Source of the DNA: Gammaproteobacteria bacterium
Lineage (GTDB): Bacteria; Pseudomonadota; Gammaproteobacteria; Eutrophobiales; Eutrophobiaceae
Assembly: GCA_965238225.1 (NCBI GenBank)
Contig: OZ250183.1
Location: 1,024,001 to 1,088,000, forward strand
Direction of reading: 5' to 3'
DNA: 64,000 nucleotides
Position numbers and translations under genes: made by a program. Of this stretch, positions 40,938 through 52,795 are shown piece by piece. Below the pieces are notes generated by a model. That model searched no databases, was not told the origin of the DNA, and saw only the letters and a program-made list of their open reading frames with translations. Within the stretch, counting starts at the first letter, position 1. Each line of letters starts with the position of its first letter.

Positions 40938-41103
40938 CCTGAGAATTTTTTGCCCATTTTTGCGAGTCGCATCGGGTTGATTGTTATTTGGTAGCCCAGC
41001 CGGCGAAGTGTATCGACACGGGGTGTAGCTGTCAAAATTTCATAGTTTTCTAACTAAGCCATTGACCTGATGAGCATTTATCAGCTTTAATCAGAGTTTA
41101 CTT

Positions 41104-41703
41104 ATGAACCTCAAGGGGAAAATTCCTATCAATCTTATCTTGGCATCATCATCTCCCTACCGCTCCTTACTCTTACAAAGGCTGGCAATCCCCTTCAAGC
41201 GTGTATCGCCAGACATAGATGAGTCACAACTTAAAGGTGAAACGCCAAGAGACTTGGTGTTGAGACTGGCAGAAATGAAAGCTGTTGCAGTTGCCTCAGC
41301 ACACCCAAGGTCGCTGATTATTGGTTCTGATCAGCTTGCCATTTCCGGTGATGAAATTTTAAACAAACCGGATAATTATAAAAATGCGAAGATACAATTA
41401 AACAAGCTGAGTAACGAATCAATTGTATTTCTCACTGGTCTTTGCGTGATTAATACAGCGAATGACAAGAGACAAAAAGACTGCATTAGCTATACCGTAC
41501 ATTTTCGTCATCTAACAGAAGGTGAGATAGAGCGCTATCTTCTTCAGGAAAAACCCTATGATTGCGCAGGCAGTTTTAAGTCTGAAGCTTACGGGGTCTC
41601 TTTAGTCCAAAAGATGGAAGGAGACGATCCGACAAGCCTGATTGGTTTGCCGCTTATTAGACTGTCTCAGATGTTAAGGAATGAAGCGCTAAATATTCCT
41701 TAA
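41104..41703 (+). CDS. Maf-family nucleotide pyrophosphatase (YceF-like)
   Basis: LILASSSPYR, IGSDQ, PYDCAGSFKSE, LIGLPL. Confidence 0.93.
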   Translation: MNLKGKIPINLILASSSPYRSLLLQRLAIPFKRVSPDIDESQLKGETPRDLVLRLAEMKAVAVASAHPRSLIIGSDQLAISGDEILNKPDNYKNAKIQLNKLSNESIVFLTGLCVINTANDKRQKDCISYTVHFRHLTEGEIERYLLQEKPYDCAGSFKSEAYGVSLVQKMEGDDPTSLIGLPLIRLSQMLRNEALNIP

Positions 41704-41727
41704 AAATAGCTTTTGATGTATTTCACA

Positions 41728-42684
41728 TCATTTGAGCTCAAATGATGTCAGTATTGATTTCATCGAACTTGCAAATCTTGCGCCGATTTCATTTGCGAGC
41801 CGCTCCAAAACAGTATCTTGTCTGGTAAAGTTAACAATCTCTTCGACACCGATTATCTCTCTTGCAACATAACCAGGACTGCCAAGGGCATCAACAAGAC
41901 CCAATTCTACTGATTGTGCGCCAGTCCAGATCAGACCTGAAAAAATATTTTCATCATTGCTTAGTTTGTCGCCGCGCCCTTTTTTCACTACATCGATGAA
42001 TTGATGATGAATATCTGCGAGCAATGTTTTAACGTGCGCAACTTCTTTTGATTTCAGGGGAGAAAAAGGATCGAGAAATCCTTTGTCCTTGCCCGCGTGC
42101 AGTAATCGACGTTCAATACCAAGTTTCTCGATTGTATCAACAAAGCCAAAGCTGGATATTATGACACCTATTGAACCCACAATACTGGCCTTATCGGCAT
42201 AAATTCTATCTGCCGCTGCTGCGATATAATAACCACCCGAAGCACATACATCAGTAATCACAGAATAAAATGGTATGTCGGGGTATTTTCCCCGTAATCT
42301 GTATATCTCGTCATTCACATAACCGGACTGCACAGGGCTGCCGCCGGGGCTGTTGATCCGCAAAATAATGCCTGCGGTATTTTTATCCTCAAAGGCAGCG
42401 CGTAAGCCACTACTGATGTGGTCTGCATTGGCTGTCGATTCTGCTGAAATTATACCAGAGATATCGATCAAAGCGGTATGTTCTCCCCCTCCTACTGAGG
42501 TACCGTCCCAATCATATCCAACAAGATACGCTAATGTAAATACTGAAATATACACCACCACAAACAGCTTAAAAAAAACGCCCCACCGTCTTGCGCGACG
42601 TTGTTCTTTAATAGCTTCTGTTGCTATTTTGTTAACCAGCGCTTGTTCAAATTTTGACTGATTGTCGGCTTGTTGTTCGCTCAT
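41728..42684 (-). CDS. S49 family signal peptide peptidase (SppA-like)
   Basis: RRARRW..FFK TM segment, RINSPGGS, CASGGYY, GSIGV. Confidence 0.92.
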   Translation of the reverse strand: MSEQQADNQSKFEQALVNKIATEAIKEQRRARRWGVFFKLFVVVYISVFTLAYLVGYDWDGTSVGGGEHTALIDISGIISAESTANADHISSGLRAAFEDKNTAGIILRINSPGGSPVQSGYVNDEIYRLRGKYPDIPFYSVITDVCASGGYYIAAAADRIYADKASIVGSIGVIISSFGFVDTIEKLGIERRLLHAGKDKGFLDPFSPLKSKEVAHVKTLLADIHHQFIDVVKKGRGDKLSNDENIFSGLIWTGAQSVELGLVDALGSPGYVAREIIGVEEIVNFTRQDTVLERLANEIGARFASSMKSILTSFELK

Positions 42685-42819
42685 TATATTAATAATAACC
42701 TCTATTTATAATTTAATCATGCCAAATGCCATTATAGCAAATACCCGTGCAATGTATGTCTATACAAGCCCAGATAGTTCGGTACGAGGTGCTGGTGAAG
42801 TGTGACAGCTCAAGATACG

Positions 42820-43770
42820 CTATGACAATCTATCTAGACATTGTTGAAGTTCATTGGGTAGCTGTGTTGTAAGACTAATCTGTTTTCCTGTATTGGGCAT
42901 CTCAAAAGACAATTTTTCTGCATGCAGAAATAATCTTTTGAGTCCTGATTTTTTCATTGTACGATTAAATTCCCAATCACCATATTTCTCATCACCAGCC
43001 AGTGGATGGTTAATAGCTACAGCATGCACTCTTATCTGGTGTGTTCTTCCGGTCATGAGTTCAACTCGAGAAAGTGAGGCAGTATTAAAACCTTCCAATA
43101 AATGAAAATGTGTTAATGCCCGTTTTCCTGCCTTATCAATTCTGACTTTTCTATTGTCTGATGCTGTCTCTTTTTTACTCAAAGACAAAGAGACTGTTTC
43201 TAATCTATTCATCAATCGTCCTTTCAAAAGGGCAAGATAGGTTTTTTTTACTTTGCCATTCTTCAAAGCGCCATGTATCCCTGTAAGGGTTTGGCGATCT
43301 TTTGCAATGAGCAGGCAGCCAGATGTGGCTCTATCCAAACGGTGTGCCAGCTCAAGAAAATTGGCCGCAGGTCTTTGCCAGCGCAGAATTTCAATTACTC
43401 CATATTGCACGTTACTGCCACTATGCACCGCTATATTTGTGGGTTTATTGACGACAAGAAGATGATCATCTTCGTAAATGATACTATTTTTGATTAACCG
43501 AGACAGATTTTCCGGCGGTTTATAAGGATTTTCACGGGAGCTTATGTGTGCAGGGGGAATTCTAACCATATCCCCAGTCTGCAGGCGATAATTTTGCTTA
43601 ATCCTGCCTTTATTGACCCGCACCTCGCCTTTTCTTATCATTTGATAGATTCTAGACCTAGGAAGACTGCCAAAATGGCTTATAAGGAAGTTATCCAGCC
43701 GCCTTTTGATCTGTTCTTCTTCCACTGTGATGAAGGAAACCTGCCGTTGTTCAATTTTTTTTGCCATCAT
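42820..43770 (-). CDS. rluC: 23S rRNA pseudouridine synthase C
   Basis: S4 domain, HRLDRATSG, TGRTHQIRVH; divergent from rne. Confidence 0.93.
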   Translation of the reverse strand: MMAKKIEQRQVSFITVEEEQIKRRLDNFLISHFGSLPRSRIYQMIRKGEVRVNKGRIKQNYRLQTGDMVRIPPAHISSRENPYKPPENLSRLIKNSIIYEDDHLLVVNKPTNIAVHSGSNVQYGVIEILRWQRPAANFLELAHRLDRATSGCLLIAKDRQTLTGIHGALKNGKVKKTYLALLKGRLMNRLETVSLSLSKKETASDNRKVRIDKAGKRALTHFHLLEGFNTASLSRVELMTGRTHQIRVHAVAINHPLAGDEKYGDWEFNRTMKKSGLKRLFLHAEKLSFEMPNTGKQISLTTQLPNELQQCLDRLS

Positions 43771-44239
43771 AATTGCAGGAGTATATCAACATTGTTATAT
43801 TAGTCTCTGGAATACGGATATTTTCGGATATTTGACGACGACAAACGACACAAGCTGATGTTGTGAAGCCGGCAGCGACGGTGACGGTGACGGTGATGGC
43901 AGATGAAGCACAATTTCTGTCTCCCCACCTCTTCATGGTCAGTGAATGCCTGCGAGATATTCAGGCCATGCAAATGGCTGAAATATTCCTGAAGAACAGA
44001 GGGTTTTGATGTAGTTACTAACATACTAGATTAATAGCGAATGAAAATTAAGTGACGGAACAGATCCTCGTAACATAAACGGTTTAATTATCACTCAAGT
44101 GGATGTAAATGAGTGGTAAAGGCGCTCCCGATAGCCCAACAGATGTTTGCTGATAGAACATTTGTTATCTCAGGATGTTCAAGATATATTTTTGTCTGGG
44201 TACGGCTAGTGGTAGAGCGCACGCATTAAGGAATACAAA

Positions 44240-46360
44240 ATGAAAAGAATGCTGATTAACGCAACTCAGCCCGAAGAGATGCGTGTGGCGCTGGTTGATG
44301 GTCAAAAACTGTACGATCTGGATATTGAATCTACCAGTCAAACCCGAAAGAAATCTAATGTATACAAAGGTCGTGTGGTTCGTGTTGAGCCGAGTTTAGA
44401 AGCTGCTTTTGTTGACTATGGCGGCAATCGTCATGGTTTTTTACCGTTCAAAGAAATTTCCCGCAACCTGTTCAAAAAGAAGCCTGAATCTGAACGGCGA
44501 GGTCGCGCCAATATCAAAGATGTGATTGACGAAGGCCAAGAATTTATCGTTCAGATTGAAAAGGAAGAACGTAGCAATAAGGGAGCCGCCCTAACGACAA
44601 TGATTAGTCTGGCTGGTCGATATATGGTGCTCATGCCAAACAACCCTCGTGCAGGTGGCATTTCACGCCAAATTGAAGGGGCAGACCGTGCTGAAGCACG
44701 TGAAGTCATGGACGAGCTCAATATTCCGCAAAACATAGCAATTATCCTCAGAACGGCGGGTATTGGTAAATCCAAAGAAGACTTACAATGGGATACCGAC
44801 TATCTAATCACTTTATGGGAAGCCATCACAAAAGCAGAAAATGAACGCCCTGCCCCATTTCTGATATACCAGGAAAGTGAGATAATTATTCGTGCAATTC
44901 GAGACTATCTGCGTACCGATATCGCAGAAATCTGGGTAGACGATAAAAAAGTTTATCAGCGTGGCAAAGAGTTTATGGAACAGGTCATGCCCCACAATCT
45001 TCATAAACTTAAATTGTATGAGGAAGAAAATGATCCGCTGTTCACAAGATATCAAATTGAAAGTCAAATCGAATCAGCATTCTCCAGAGAAGTGCATTTA
45101 CCTTCCGGGGGTTCATTGGTTATTGACCACACAGAAGCCATGCTAAGTATTGATATTAACTCAGCACGTGCAACCAAAGGCGGCGACATTCAGGAGACTG
45201 CACTCAATACAAATTTAGAGGCCGCCGATGAGATTGCCAGACAACTAAGATTACGTGATTTAGGTGGGCTCATCGTCATTGATTTCATCGACATGATGGC
45301 TAGCAAAAATCAACGAGAAGTAGAAAGTCTCATGAAAGATAGTTTACGTCTCGATCGTGCAAGAGTCCAAATAGGCAAGATATCCCGATTCGGATTATTA
45401 GAGATGTCACGACAAAGATTGCGTCCTTCTTTAGGGGAATCTCGTCATTTGCCCTGCCCTAGATGTCAAGGTCAAGGATCTATTCGGGATATTGAATCTC
45501 TTTCTTTAGCTATTTTAAGAATTATTGAAGAAGAAGCCATGAAGGATTCAACAGCCAAGGTTATTGTTAACTTGCCCGTGTCAGCAGCAACGTTCCTTTT
45601 GAATGAAAAACGTCAACCGATCAATGAATTACAACAAAGACTTGATGTTGATATTGTCATCATCCCATCTCCTGTGATGGAGACACCTCAATATCAGGTG
45701 TCAAGAGTGCCTTTATCAAAAGCCAATGAAGTACAACATCAACAAGCGAGCTATAACCTTATTGATGAGACAGGCAATGTAGATTTAAAGGGTCACGATC
45801 TGCGCACACATACGACGATTATTGAACAACCTGTTGTCCAAAAAATTATCCCTGAAAATTATACTGTTACCCAAAATAAAGCTATGAAAAGTTCAGGGCT
45901 TATTGCAAGAATAATTAAACGTTTATTTGGCTCATTCAAAAAAGAAACTGAAAAACCTAGAAATAGCAGCAGAAATCATTATTCTTCAAATCGCAATCGC
46001 AACAATAGAAACAGGACAAACCAGCATAATCATTCTGGAAACCGTCAACGCAACAATACCGACAGAAGAGCCAAACAGACAGAAAGATCGACTAACAATA
46101 CAAAAAGATCGACTAACAATACAAATACTGCTAAAAAAACCCATGCGGACAATTCAGCCAATCTGGCTGGTAGCGATACGGCAAACCCAAATGCGGGTTC
46201 ATCTCGCCGCGGAAGAAGGGGTGGGCGCAACAGACGTCCTCGTAACACAGAACAGGATCAAAAACAGAAAAAAACTCAAGAACAAGATGTAGTCTCTGCT
46301 ACTCAAGCTGAGTCAAAACCTGAATCATCAACAACAAGCGATATCAAAAATGATTCATAA
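44240..46360 (+). CDS. rne: Ribonuclease E (short C-terminal scaffold)
   Basis: [14 protein letters not shown]1 domain, IDINSA, DFIDM, CPRC Zn link, amphipathic [12 protein letters not shown], Arg-rich tail. Confidence 0.97.
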   Translation: MKRMLINATQPEEMRVALVDGQKLYDLDIESTSQTRKKSNVYKGRVVRVEPSLEAAFVDYGGNRHGFLPFKEISRNLFKKKPESERRGRANIKDVIDEGQEFIVQIEKEERSNKGAALTTMISLAGRYMVLMPNNPRAGGISRQIEGADRAEAREVMDELNIPQNIAIILRTAGIGKSKEDLQWDTDYLITLWEAITKAENERPAPFLIYQESEIIIRAIRDYLRTDIAEIWVDDKKVYQRGKEFMEQVMPHNLHKLKLYEEENDPLFTRYQIESQIESAFSREVHLPSGGSLVIDHTEAMLSIDINSARATKGGDIQETALNTNLEAADEIARQLRLRDLGGLIVIDFIDMMASKNQREVESLMKDSLRLDRARVQIGKISRFGLLEMSRQRLRPSLGESRHLPCPRCQGQGSIRDIESLSLAILRIIEEEAMKDSTAKVIVNLPVSAATFLLNEKRQPINELQQRLDVDIVIIPSPVMETPQYQVSRVPLSKANEVQHQQASYNLIDETGNVDLKGHDLRTHTTIIEQPVVQKIIPENYTVTQNKAMKSSGLIARIIKRLFGSFKKETEKPRNSSRNHYSSNRNRNNRNRTNQHNHSGNRQRNNTDRRAKQTERSTNNTKRSTNNTNTAKKTHADNSANLAGSDTANPNAGSSRRGRRGGRNRRPRNTEQDQKQKKTQEQDVVSATQAESKPESSTTSDIKNDS

Positions 46361-46361
46361 C

Positions 46362-46640
46362 TTTGCCAATGGAGACAAATACGTTGGTGAATACAAGGAT
46401 GGCAAACCGCACGGACAAGGTACCTTAACCTCAGCCGATGGAGGAGTGCTTCAAAAAGGGATATTTGAAAATGATAAATTTCTTTAAGTCAAAAAAACTA
46501 CACCCACAGTTATTGCTAAGAAATCGCATAAGCCTGATTCAGTAATCATCAGGTTCAGTTTTTTTATCTCTAAGCTAGGTCATGTCATCACCAATCAACA
46601 CATTGTCAGTGATTACGGAAAGGTAACGGTGGGAGATCAT
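46362..46640 (+). pseudogene. Fragment of a MORN-repeat / trypsin-like protease gene
   Basis: Manual translation FANGDKYVGEYKDGKPHGQGTLT...KGIFENDKFL* then FFISKLGHVITNQHIV; no start, internal stop. Confidence 0.7.
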
Positions 46641-46757
46641 TTAAAGTTTTGATTCAATAGGCTATAGACCAAGCTTGTTGTATCAAACCGACGAAGAGCC
46701 AAGTCGTTTTCTTTCACTGTTAACAGGACAATGGAAGAATCACAATCTAAGGCGATA

Positions 46758-48344
46758 CTACTGGTTAGCGGTCTGTTCACACGTTACCGTAAATTCTATT
46801 TTTGGCCAGCGTTCAATGACAAGATTCAAGTTCACCATAGATGGTGCAATGTAAGCCAATCGATTACCTCCATCCATGGCTAGATTTGATGAGGTTTTAT
46901 TTTTAAATTTTAGTAAAATTTTTTCATCATCACAGAATATCCATCTGGCAGTTACCGCGGGTATATGATGGTAAACACAGTCGACACCGTATTCCTGTTT
47001 CAGGCGTGCCGCTATCACATCAAACTGTAAAATACCGATAGCGCCAACAATCAGATCGTTATTATCTAATGGTCTGAATACTTGCGTTGCACCTTCCTCA
47101 CCTAACTGAATTAGACCTTTAAGTAAAGCTTTGGCTTTAAGAGGATCTTTGAGTTCAACCCGACGAAACAATTCAGGTGCGAAAAACGGAATGCCCTTGA
47201 AGGATAAAGACTCACCTTCAGTAAAGGTATCGCCAATCTGAATCGTGCCATGATTATGTAAACCAATAATGTCACCAGCCCATGCATTATCTGTCTGGCT
47301 TCGACTTCCAGCTACAAAGGTTAAGGCATTGGATACTCGTATGTCTTGCCCTATTCTGACGTGTCTCATCTTCATGCCTTTTTGATATTGGCCTGAACAT
47401 ATTCTTAAAAATGCAATCCTGTCTCGATGTGCCGGATCCATATTTGCCTGTATCTTGAAAACAAAGCCGCTCAGCTTCTTTTCATCAGCTTTTACCTTTC
47501 TTTGAATTGCGACCCTTGCCTGAGGCGCTGGCGAATGCTTCATTAAACAATCGAGAAACTCGGCAATACCAAAATTATTCAAAGCTGATCCGAAAAAAAC
47601 CGGGGTTTGTTTGCCTCGCAAAAAAACCTCAAGATTAAATTCTTCAGACAAACCACGAACCAATTCAATTTCTTCCTTAAAATCGTCAATATCTGTAGAT
47701 AATAATTCTTCAGTTTCTTTAGAATCCAGACCATTAACAATCTTCCCGTGTATGTTTTCATTTCGTTTATTATAGATACGAATATAGTCGTCATTAAGAT
47801 GATAAATTCCTTTGATACGATTACCCATGCCTGTTGGCCAGGTTATTGGCGCACATCTAATCTTGAGTTCACTTTCTATCTCATCCAGTAATGTAATTGG
47901 ATCTTTACCTTCCCTGTCTATTTTATTCACGAAGGTAATGATTGGCGTGTTGCGCAGACGACATACATCCATTAATTTACGCGTGCGTTCTTCAACACCT
48001 TTACTGACATCAATCACCATCAAAACAGAATCAACTGCCGTTAATGTTCTGTAAGTATCTTCAGAAAAATCGGCGTGCCCCGGGGTATCCAGTAAATTTA
48101 TAATATGATTATCATATTCAAACTGCATAACAGAGCTGGTGATAGAGATACCTCTTTCTTTTTCCATTTCCATCCAGTCGGAAGTTGCATATCTTGATGA
48201 TTTTCTAGCCTTTACTGTACCTGTTTCCTGTATCACACCGCCACACAATAGGATTTGTTCAGTAATTGTTGTCTTCCCTGCATCTGGGTGAGAAATAATG
48301 GCAAATGTACGGCGCTTGGAGACTTCTGAATGTAAATTACTCAT
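46758..48344 (-). CDS. prfC: Peptide chain release factor 3
   Basis: [35 protein letters not shown]. Confidence 0.97.
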   Translation of the reverse strand: MSNLHSEVSKRRTFAIISHPDAGKTTITEQILLCGGVIQETGTVKARKSSRYATSDWMEMEKERGISITSSVMQFEYDNHIINLLDTPGHADFSEDTYRTLTAVDSVLMVIDVSKGVEERTRKLMDVCRLRNTPIITFVNKIDREGKDPITLLDEIESELKIRCAPITWPTGMGNRIKGIYHLNDDYIRIYNKRNENIHGKIVNGLDSKETEELLSTDIDDFKEEIELVRGLSEEFNLEVFLRGKQTPVFFGSALNNFGIAEFLDCLMKHSPAPQARVAIQRKVKADEKKLSGFVFKIQANMDPAHRDRIAFLRICSGQYQKGMKMRHVRIGQDIRVSNALTFVAGSRSQTDNAWAGDIIGLHNHGTIQIGDTFTEGESLSFKGIPFFAPELFRRVELKDPLKAKALLKGLIQLGEEGATQVFRPLDNNDLIVGAIGILQFDVIAARLKQEYGVDCVYHHIPAVTARWIFCDDEKILLKFKNKTSSNLAMDGGNRLAYIAPSMVNLNLVIERWPKIEFTVTCEQTANQ

Positions 48345-48360
48345 AGCGTGTTATGCGTTA

Positions 48361-49077
48361 CTATGCGCTTGATTCACAGATGATGGTTTTTATTTCTCTG
48401 ATAGCTGCGTCTAGACCGGCAAACACTGCTCTTGCAATAATTCCATGACCTATATTTAATTCGTCAATATCTGAAATTTGAGCAATCTGCCCCACGTTTT
48501 GGTAATTTAAACCATGCCCTGCGTTTACTTTGAGCCCTAAAGACTTTGCCAAATTAACGCCCGATATGATTTTTGCCAATTCAGTTTCGTCAGCAAGGGC
48601 AGCATCCGCAAAATGACCTGTGTGAAGTTCTATAACTTCTGCGCCAGAATCTCTGGACGCAGAGATTTGTTTATCATCTGCATCGATAAATAACGATGCG
48701 CGTACTCCAGCCTTTTTTAATCTTGCGCAGGCTACAGCCACTTTATCTATTTGCCCAGCTACGTCCAAACCGCCCTCGGTAGTAAGCTCTTCTCTATTTT
48801 CAGGAACCAGACAACAAAACTCTGGTTTGATACGCTCTGCAAATGACAACATCTTCTCAGTTATCGCCATTTCTAAATTCATTGGGGTCAGCATAATCTG
48901 GCGCAGTAAATCAATATCTCGTTCTTGAATATGTCTTCTGTCTTCTCGTAAATGTACCGTAATGGAATCTGCGCCGGCCTGCTCTGCAATTTGAGCGGCA
49001 AATACGGGATCGGGGTAGCGCGTTAGCCGCGCTTGCCTAAGCGTAGCAATATGGTCAATGTTCACACCTAATAACAT
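48361..49077 (-). CDS. pdxJ: Pyridoxine 5'-phosphate synthase
   Basis: [40 protein letters not shown]. Confidence 0.97.
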   Translation of the reverse strand: MLLGVNIDHIATLRQARLTRYPDPVFAAQIAEQAGADSITVHLREDRRHIQERDIDLLRQIMLTPMNLEMAITEKMLSFAERIKPEFCCLVPENREELTTEGGLDVAGQIDKVAVACARLKKAGVRASLFIDADDKQISASRDSGAEVIELHTGHFADAALADETELAKIISGVNLAKSLGLKVNAGHGLNYQNVGQIAQISDIDELNIGHGIIARAVFAGLDAAIREIKTIICESSA

Positions 49078-49232
49078 ATTTTTCGCCTGTCTTTACCTAT
49101 CCTATTCGCGCCCTATTCGCGATGAAAATGGCACATTTTAGCGTATTCACGGAAAGAGTTTGCAACAGAAACAGAGATTTATCATCTTGCTGTAAAATAT
49201 GATGTTAAGCATGGCGTTAAATAGGTAAATTT

Positions 49233-49949
49233 TCATATAGCTTTACATAAGTAAGCCTTGTATAAGGCTCTACTGGCCAAGGGTTTAGTGCCCAGATGAT
49301 GTTGCAGTATAAAACGCATCAGTTTTTTTGCCTCTTCTGATTCTGATTTATTCTTCAATACTACTTTCTCCAAGGCTAACAAGCTATTGCCTGTAATTTC
49401 GATATAGTTTCCTGTTGGAGGGGTATTTTTCATTGGTCCTGAGCCGATAAGGTAATAATATTTTTCATCTGCTTTGACAGTATGGTTATTACTAACATCA
49501 TGATCCAGCACCAGTCCGTAACCAAGCGCCTTGAGCAAGCCTTTTTCAAATAATCTAAGAACTGTATCAATGTTTTTTTCAGAAGAGAGGCAGGACATGG
49601 TTTTATTATATAAGTCAAATAACTCAGGATGTGATTCATGCTTATGTAATAACCGAACTAACAATTCGTTCACATAGAAGCCTGCAATAACTTTTGCATC
49701 TGATAAATCATATGGCTCGATATCTACTTCGACATCTATCAAAGTCATTAGCTCGCTTTTTCCTCGCCATGCCATTAATAATCTCTGGTAAGGTTGCAAG
49801 AGTCCGGAAAAGTGAGATTTTTCCCGTTTCGCACCTTTTGCTATTATGTTCAACCTGCCATATTTCATGGAGAAAATATCCAGTATTAAGCTGGACTCAA
49901 GGTAAGACCTAGAGTGAAGGATAAAGCAGGGGGTTAATTCTACATGCAT
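49233..49949 (-). CDS. recO: DNA repair protein RecO
   Basis: FILHSR.Y.ESSLI, LQP, YVNELL, LRLFEK.LL..LGYG; era-recO-pdxJ order. Confidence 0.93.
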   Translation of the reverse strand: MHVELTPCFILHSRSYLESSLILDIFSMKYGRLNIIAKGAKREKSHFSGLLQPYQRLLMAWRGKSELMTLIDVEVDIEPYDLSDAKVIAGFYVNELLVRLLHKHESHPELFDLYNKTMSCLSSEKNIDTVLRLFEKGLLKALGYGLVLDHDVSNNHTVKADEKYYYLIGSGPMKNTPPTGNYIEITGNSLLALEKVVLKNKSESEEAKKLMRFILQHHLGTKPLASRALYKAYLCKAI

Positions 49950-49959
49950 AAATATGGTT

Positions 49960-50871
49960 TCAAGAATTGAAGCCAAGCTGTTTTATGTCCAGTTCACTGT
50001 CTACCCACTTAACCTTGATCTTGACCCATACCCTTAAAAAAACCTTATTTTCAAACATTCGCTCCATATCCTTACGCGCCCGTTCCCCAACAGCCTTTAA
50101 GCCTGCACCTTTTTGACCAATGACTATCGTTTTTTGACCTTTGCTTGCAACCCAGATAATTGCATCAATATTAATTATTTCTTCTTTTTCAGTAAATGAA
50201 TCAATGGTAACCGTTGTTGTATAGGGCAGCTCTTTGCCTAATCTTTTTATTAATTTTTCACGGATAAATTCTGCTGCAAAATATCGTTTAGGTTTGTCTG
50301 TTATTTGATTATCTGGGTATTGAAATACCCCGGCAGGTAATAATTCTTTTATAGATTGTTCTAAGGATTTCAGATCTTTTTTAGATAATGCAGAGATAGG
50401 AATGATCTGTTTAAAATTCATCTTTTCCGAAAGCTCTTTTAAGAAAGGTAGCATTATTTTTTTATCTTTAATTTTATCTATTTTATTTACTGTCAGAATA
50501 ACTGGGGTAGTTTTATTTTTAATCAAATCTAATATATATTCATCAAGCGCAGTCCATTTTAATATTTCAATCATGTGCACCAAAATATCAACACCAGTTA
50601 ATGCATTTGTTGCCTCTTTATTCATATATCTATTTATGGCATTTGTTGGTGAGGTTTGCAGCCCCGGGGTATCGATATAAATAATCTGACAATTCTTGTT
50701 TGTGTTCACGCCAATTGTACGGTGTCTGGTTGTTTGCGGTTTTCTTGAGGTGATGCTCAGTTTTTCCCCGATCAAATGATTTAGCAATGTCGATTTACCG
50801 ACATTTGGGCGACCAAGAATGGTTACAGAACCGCAATAAGTTTGATTGTTTTTTAAATTTTTTTTCTGCAA
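49960..50871 (-). CDS. era: GTPase Era
   Basis: GRPNVGKS, QTTR, DTPG, NKID, KH domain. Confidence 0.97.
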   Translation of the reverse strand: MQKKNLKNNQTYCGSVTILGRPNVGKSTLLNHLIGEKLSITSRKPQTTRHRTIGVNTNKNCQIIYIDTPGLQTSPTNAINRYMNKEATNALTGVDILVHMIEILKWTALDEYILDLIKNKTTPVILTVNKIDKIKDKKIMLPFLKELSEKMNFKQIIPISALSKKDLKSLEQSIKELLPAGVFQYPDNQITDKPKRYFAAEFIREKLIKRLGKELPYTTTVTIDSFTEKEEIINIDAIIWVASKGQKTIVIGQKGAGLKAVGERARKDMERMFENKVFLRVWVKIKVKWVDSELDIKQLGFNS

Positions 50872-50886
50872 AATTTTTACTGCGTA

Positions 50887-51570
50887 TTATTTTAATTTAT
50901 TTTCTAAAACAAGTAAGGCTTGCTCAGCAGCAGATTGCTCGGCTAGACGTTTACTGCGACCTTCAGCTTGCACTGAAACAGCTAGTTCTGCGATCGTACA
51001 TGTGACGTTAAAAAGCCGATTATGCGCATCACCACTTTCTAATGATACGCGGTAAACAGGCAATTCTAATTTTCTCGACTGTAATAATTCTTGCAGAGTG
51101 GTTTTTGAATCTTTGCTGAGTTTGTCGAGAGACATTTCCAGAAGTAATTGGCGATAGAGATAAATCACGCATTTTTGACAAATACTCATATCGGCATCAA
51201 GGTAAACTGCGCCAATTATTGCTTCAAACGTATTTGCAAGAATTGAATTGCGGCGCCAGCCACCGCTTTTCATTTCCCCTAAACCAAGCTTAATGTAGTT
51301 ACCAAGATCCAGTTCTCGTCCTAATTTTGCCAGCGTTTCTCCTTTAACTAAAAAAGATCTAAGGCGAGTCAGTTCGCCTTCTGTTGCCTGGGGGAATTTC
51401 TGAAATATCGTATCTGCAATAATGAAGCCTAAGACGGCATCACCAAGATACTCAAGCCGCTCATTATTGCCACGACCGTGACTACGATGCGTCAATGCGG
51501 TTTCTAACAGTATCTCATCATGAAATTTATAATCAATTATTTTTTCTAGCTTAGATAAGGGTTCATTCAT
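50887..51570 (-). CDS. rnc: Ribonuclease III
   Basis: ALTHRS, NERLEYLGDAVL, dsRBD. Confidence 0.97.
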   Translation of the reverse strand: MNEPLSKLEKIIDYKFHDEILLETALTHRSHGRGNNERLEYLGDAVLGFIIADTIFQKFPQATEGELTRLRSFLVKGETLAKLGRELDLGNYIKLGLGEMKSGGWRRNSILANTFEAIIGAVYLDADMSICQKCVIYLYRQLLLEMSLDKLSKDSKTTLQELLQSRKLELPVYRVSLESGDAHNRLFNVTCTIAELAVSVQAEGRSKRLAEQSAAEQALLVLENKLK

Positions 51571-51986
51571 CCAGAATCTGTTCTACCTAGTTCAACCTTA
51601 TGATCAAAAGGAAGTGTAAAATATAAATCTTTATAAAATAGCTTCCTTCCTTCATAAGCAACACGCAAATATCTTTTGCCTTTTCTTGTTTTTTTTGTGA
51701 CTTTAACCAATTTTTTAAGAGATTTTTCATTGCTAAAACGTTTATAACTTGAAGATATTTCTATATTTCTTCTGAAGTAGGTTCGTATTTGTTTTTTAGA
51801 CATCAACCCGGTATCAGGCATGGTCGCAACGGTTTGCATTGCTGCAAGAACTATAAGCTTTTCCCCGTATAAAGGAACAACCTTTATTCCTGTAAAAACA
51901 AATATTGCCAAGGAGCACAATGCAAAAAGCCAAGCCAGCATACCCATGCCATGCTGTTTATTTTTCATATTTTTCATATTTTTCAT
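51567..51986 (-). CDS. DUF4845-like protein with prepilin-like N-terminus
   Basis: KQHG|MGML...hydrophobic segment; conserved lepB-X-rnc position; MKN x3 start. Confidence 0.7.
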   Translation of the reverse strand: MKNMKNMKNKQHGMGMLAWLFALCSLAIFVFTGIKVVPLYGEKLIVLAAMQTVATMPDTGLMSKKQIRTYFRRNIEISSSYKRFSNEKSLKKLVKVTKKTRKGKRYLRVAYEGRKLFYKDLYFTLPFDHKVELGRTDSG

Positions 51987-52006
51987 TAATGCTGCTTAAT
52001 TGTTAA

Positions 52007-52795
52007 TTAGTTGTGGTCAATCATTTTTCCAATCCTGTTCCAGTCTATACCGCCATTTCTACTGTCCCAATTCATCCAAATCATAAATGCGCGGCCAACG
52101 AGATTCTTGTCCGGAACATAACCCCAATAACGACTGTCTTTACTGTTATCACGATTATCGCCAAGAACTAAATAATGCCCTTTTGGGACGACACCTTCAA
52201 CATGCTGCGATGGCCTGCTTGGCGCACGTAGAATTTCATATTTTGCGTCGCCCAGTAATTCTCTGCTCAATATTGCTCCATCCATCATTACCCCTGACCC
52301 CACGGCTCCGTAAGTACCTATATCTAATTGCTGGATCGGTTTGTTGTTTATATACAATACCTTATTCTGATATTTAAATATATCATCAGGCAGCCCGACA
52401 ACCCGTTTGATAAAAGGGATGCTCGGGTCAATGGGATAGCGAAAAACAACAATATCTCCACGCTTCGGAGTTCTATTCTCAATAACCTTTATATTGAGCA
52501 TAGGTAAGCGAATACCGTAATCATACTTATTTACCAAAATAAAATCACCTATTAACAGTGTTGGCATCATGGATGCAGAAGGAATCTTAAAAGGTTCTAC
52601 GACAAATGAACGCAATATTAAAACAATGAGAAATACAGGGAAAAAAGACTTAGAAAAATCAACAATGGCGGGTAAAACCAACCTGCCATTATCATCCCTG
52701 TTATTTTTATCAGCAAAAAAAAGTACGCCAAGTAGCCAAACAAGGCCGCTAATCAATGTTAAAACAACCAAAACAGATGAAAAATCTATATTCAT
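52007..52795 (-). CDS. lepB: Signal peptidase I
   Basis: [30 protein letters not shown]. Confidence 0.97.
   Translation of the reverse strand: MNIDFSSVLVVLTLISGLVWLLGVLFFADKNNRDDNGRLVLPAIVDFSKSFFPVFLIVLILRSFVVEPFKIPSASMMPTLLIGDFILVNKYDYGIRLPMLNIKVIENRTPKRGDIVVFRYPIDPSIPFIKRVVGLPDDIFKYQNKVLYINNKPIQQLDIGTYGAVGSGVMMDGAILSRELLGDAKYEILRAPSRPSQHVEGVVPKGHYLVLGDNRDNSKDSRYWGYVPDKNLVGRAFMIWMNWDSRNGGIDWNRIGKMIDHN

Noticed and set aside
43751-44024. Small ORFs in the rluC-rne intergenic region
   Set aside because: The region is best explained as the long rne leader and divergent promoters; no coding signature.
46660-46701. Possible IS end or MITE (GGCTATAG...CGAAGAGCC)
   Set aside because: Terminal complementarity is too weak and there is no transposase; it would need an ISfinder search.
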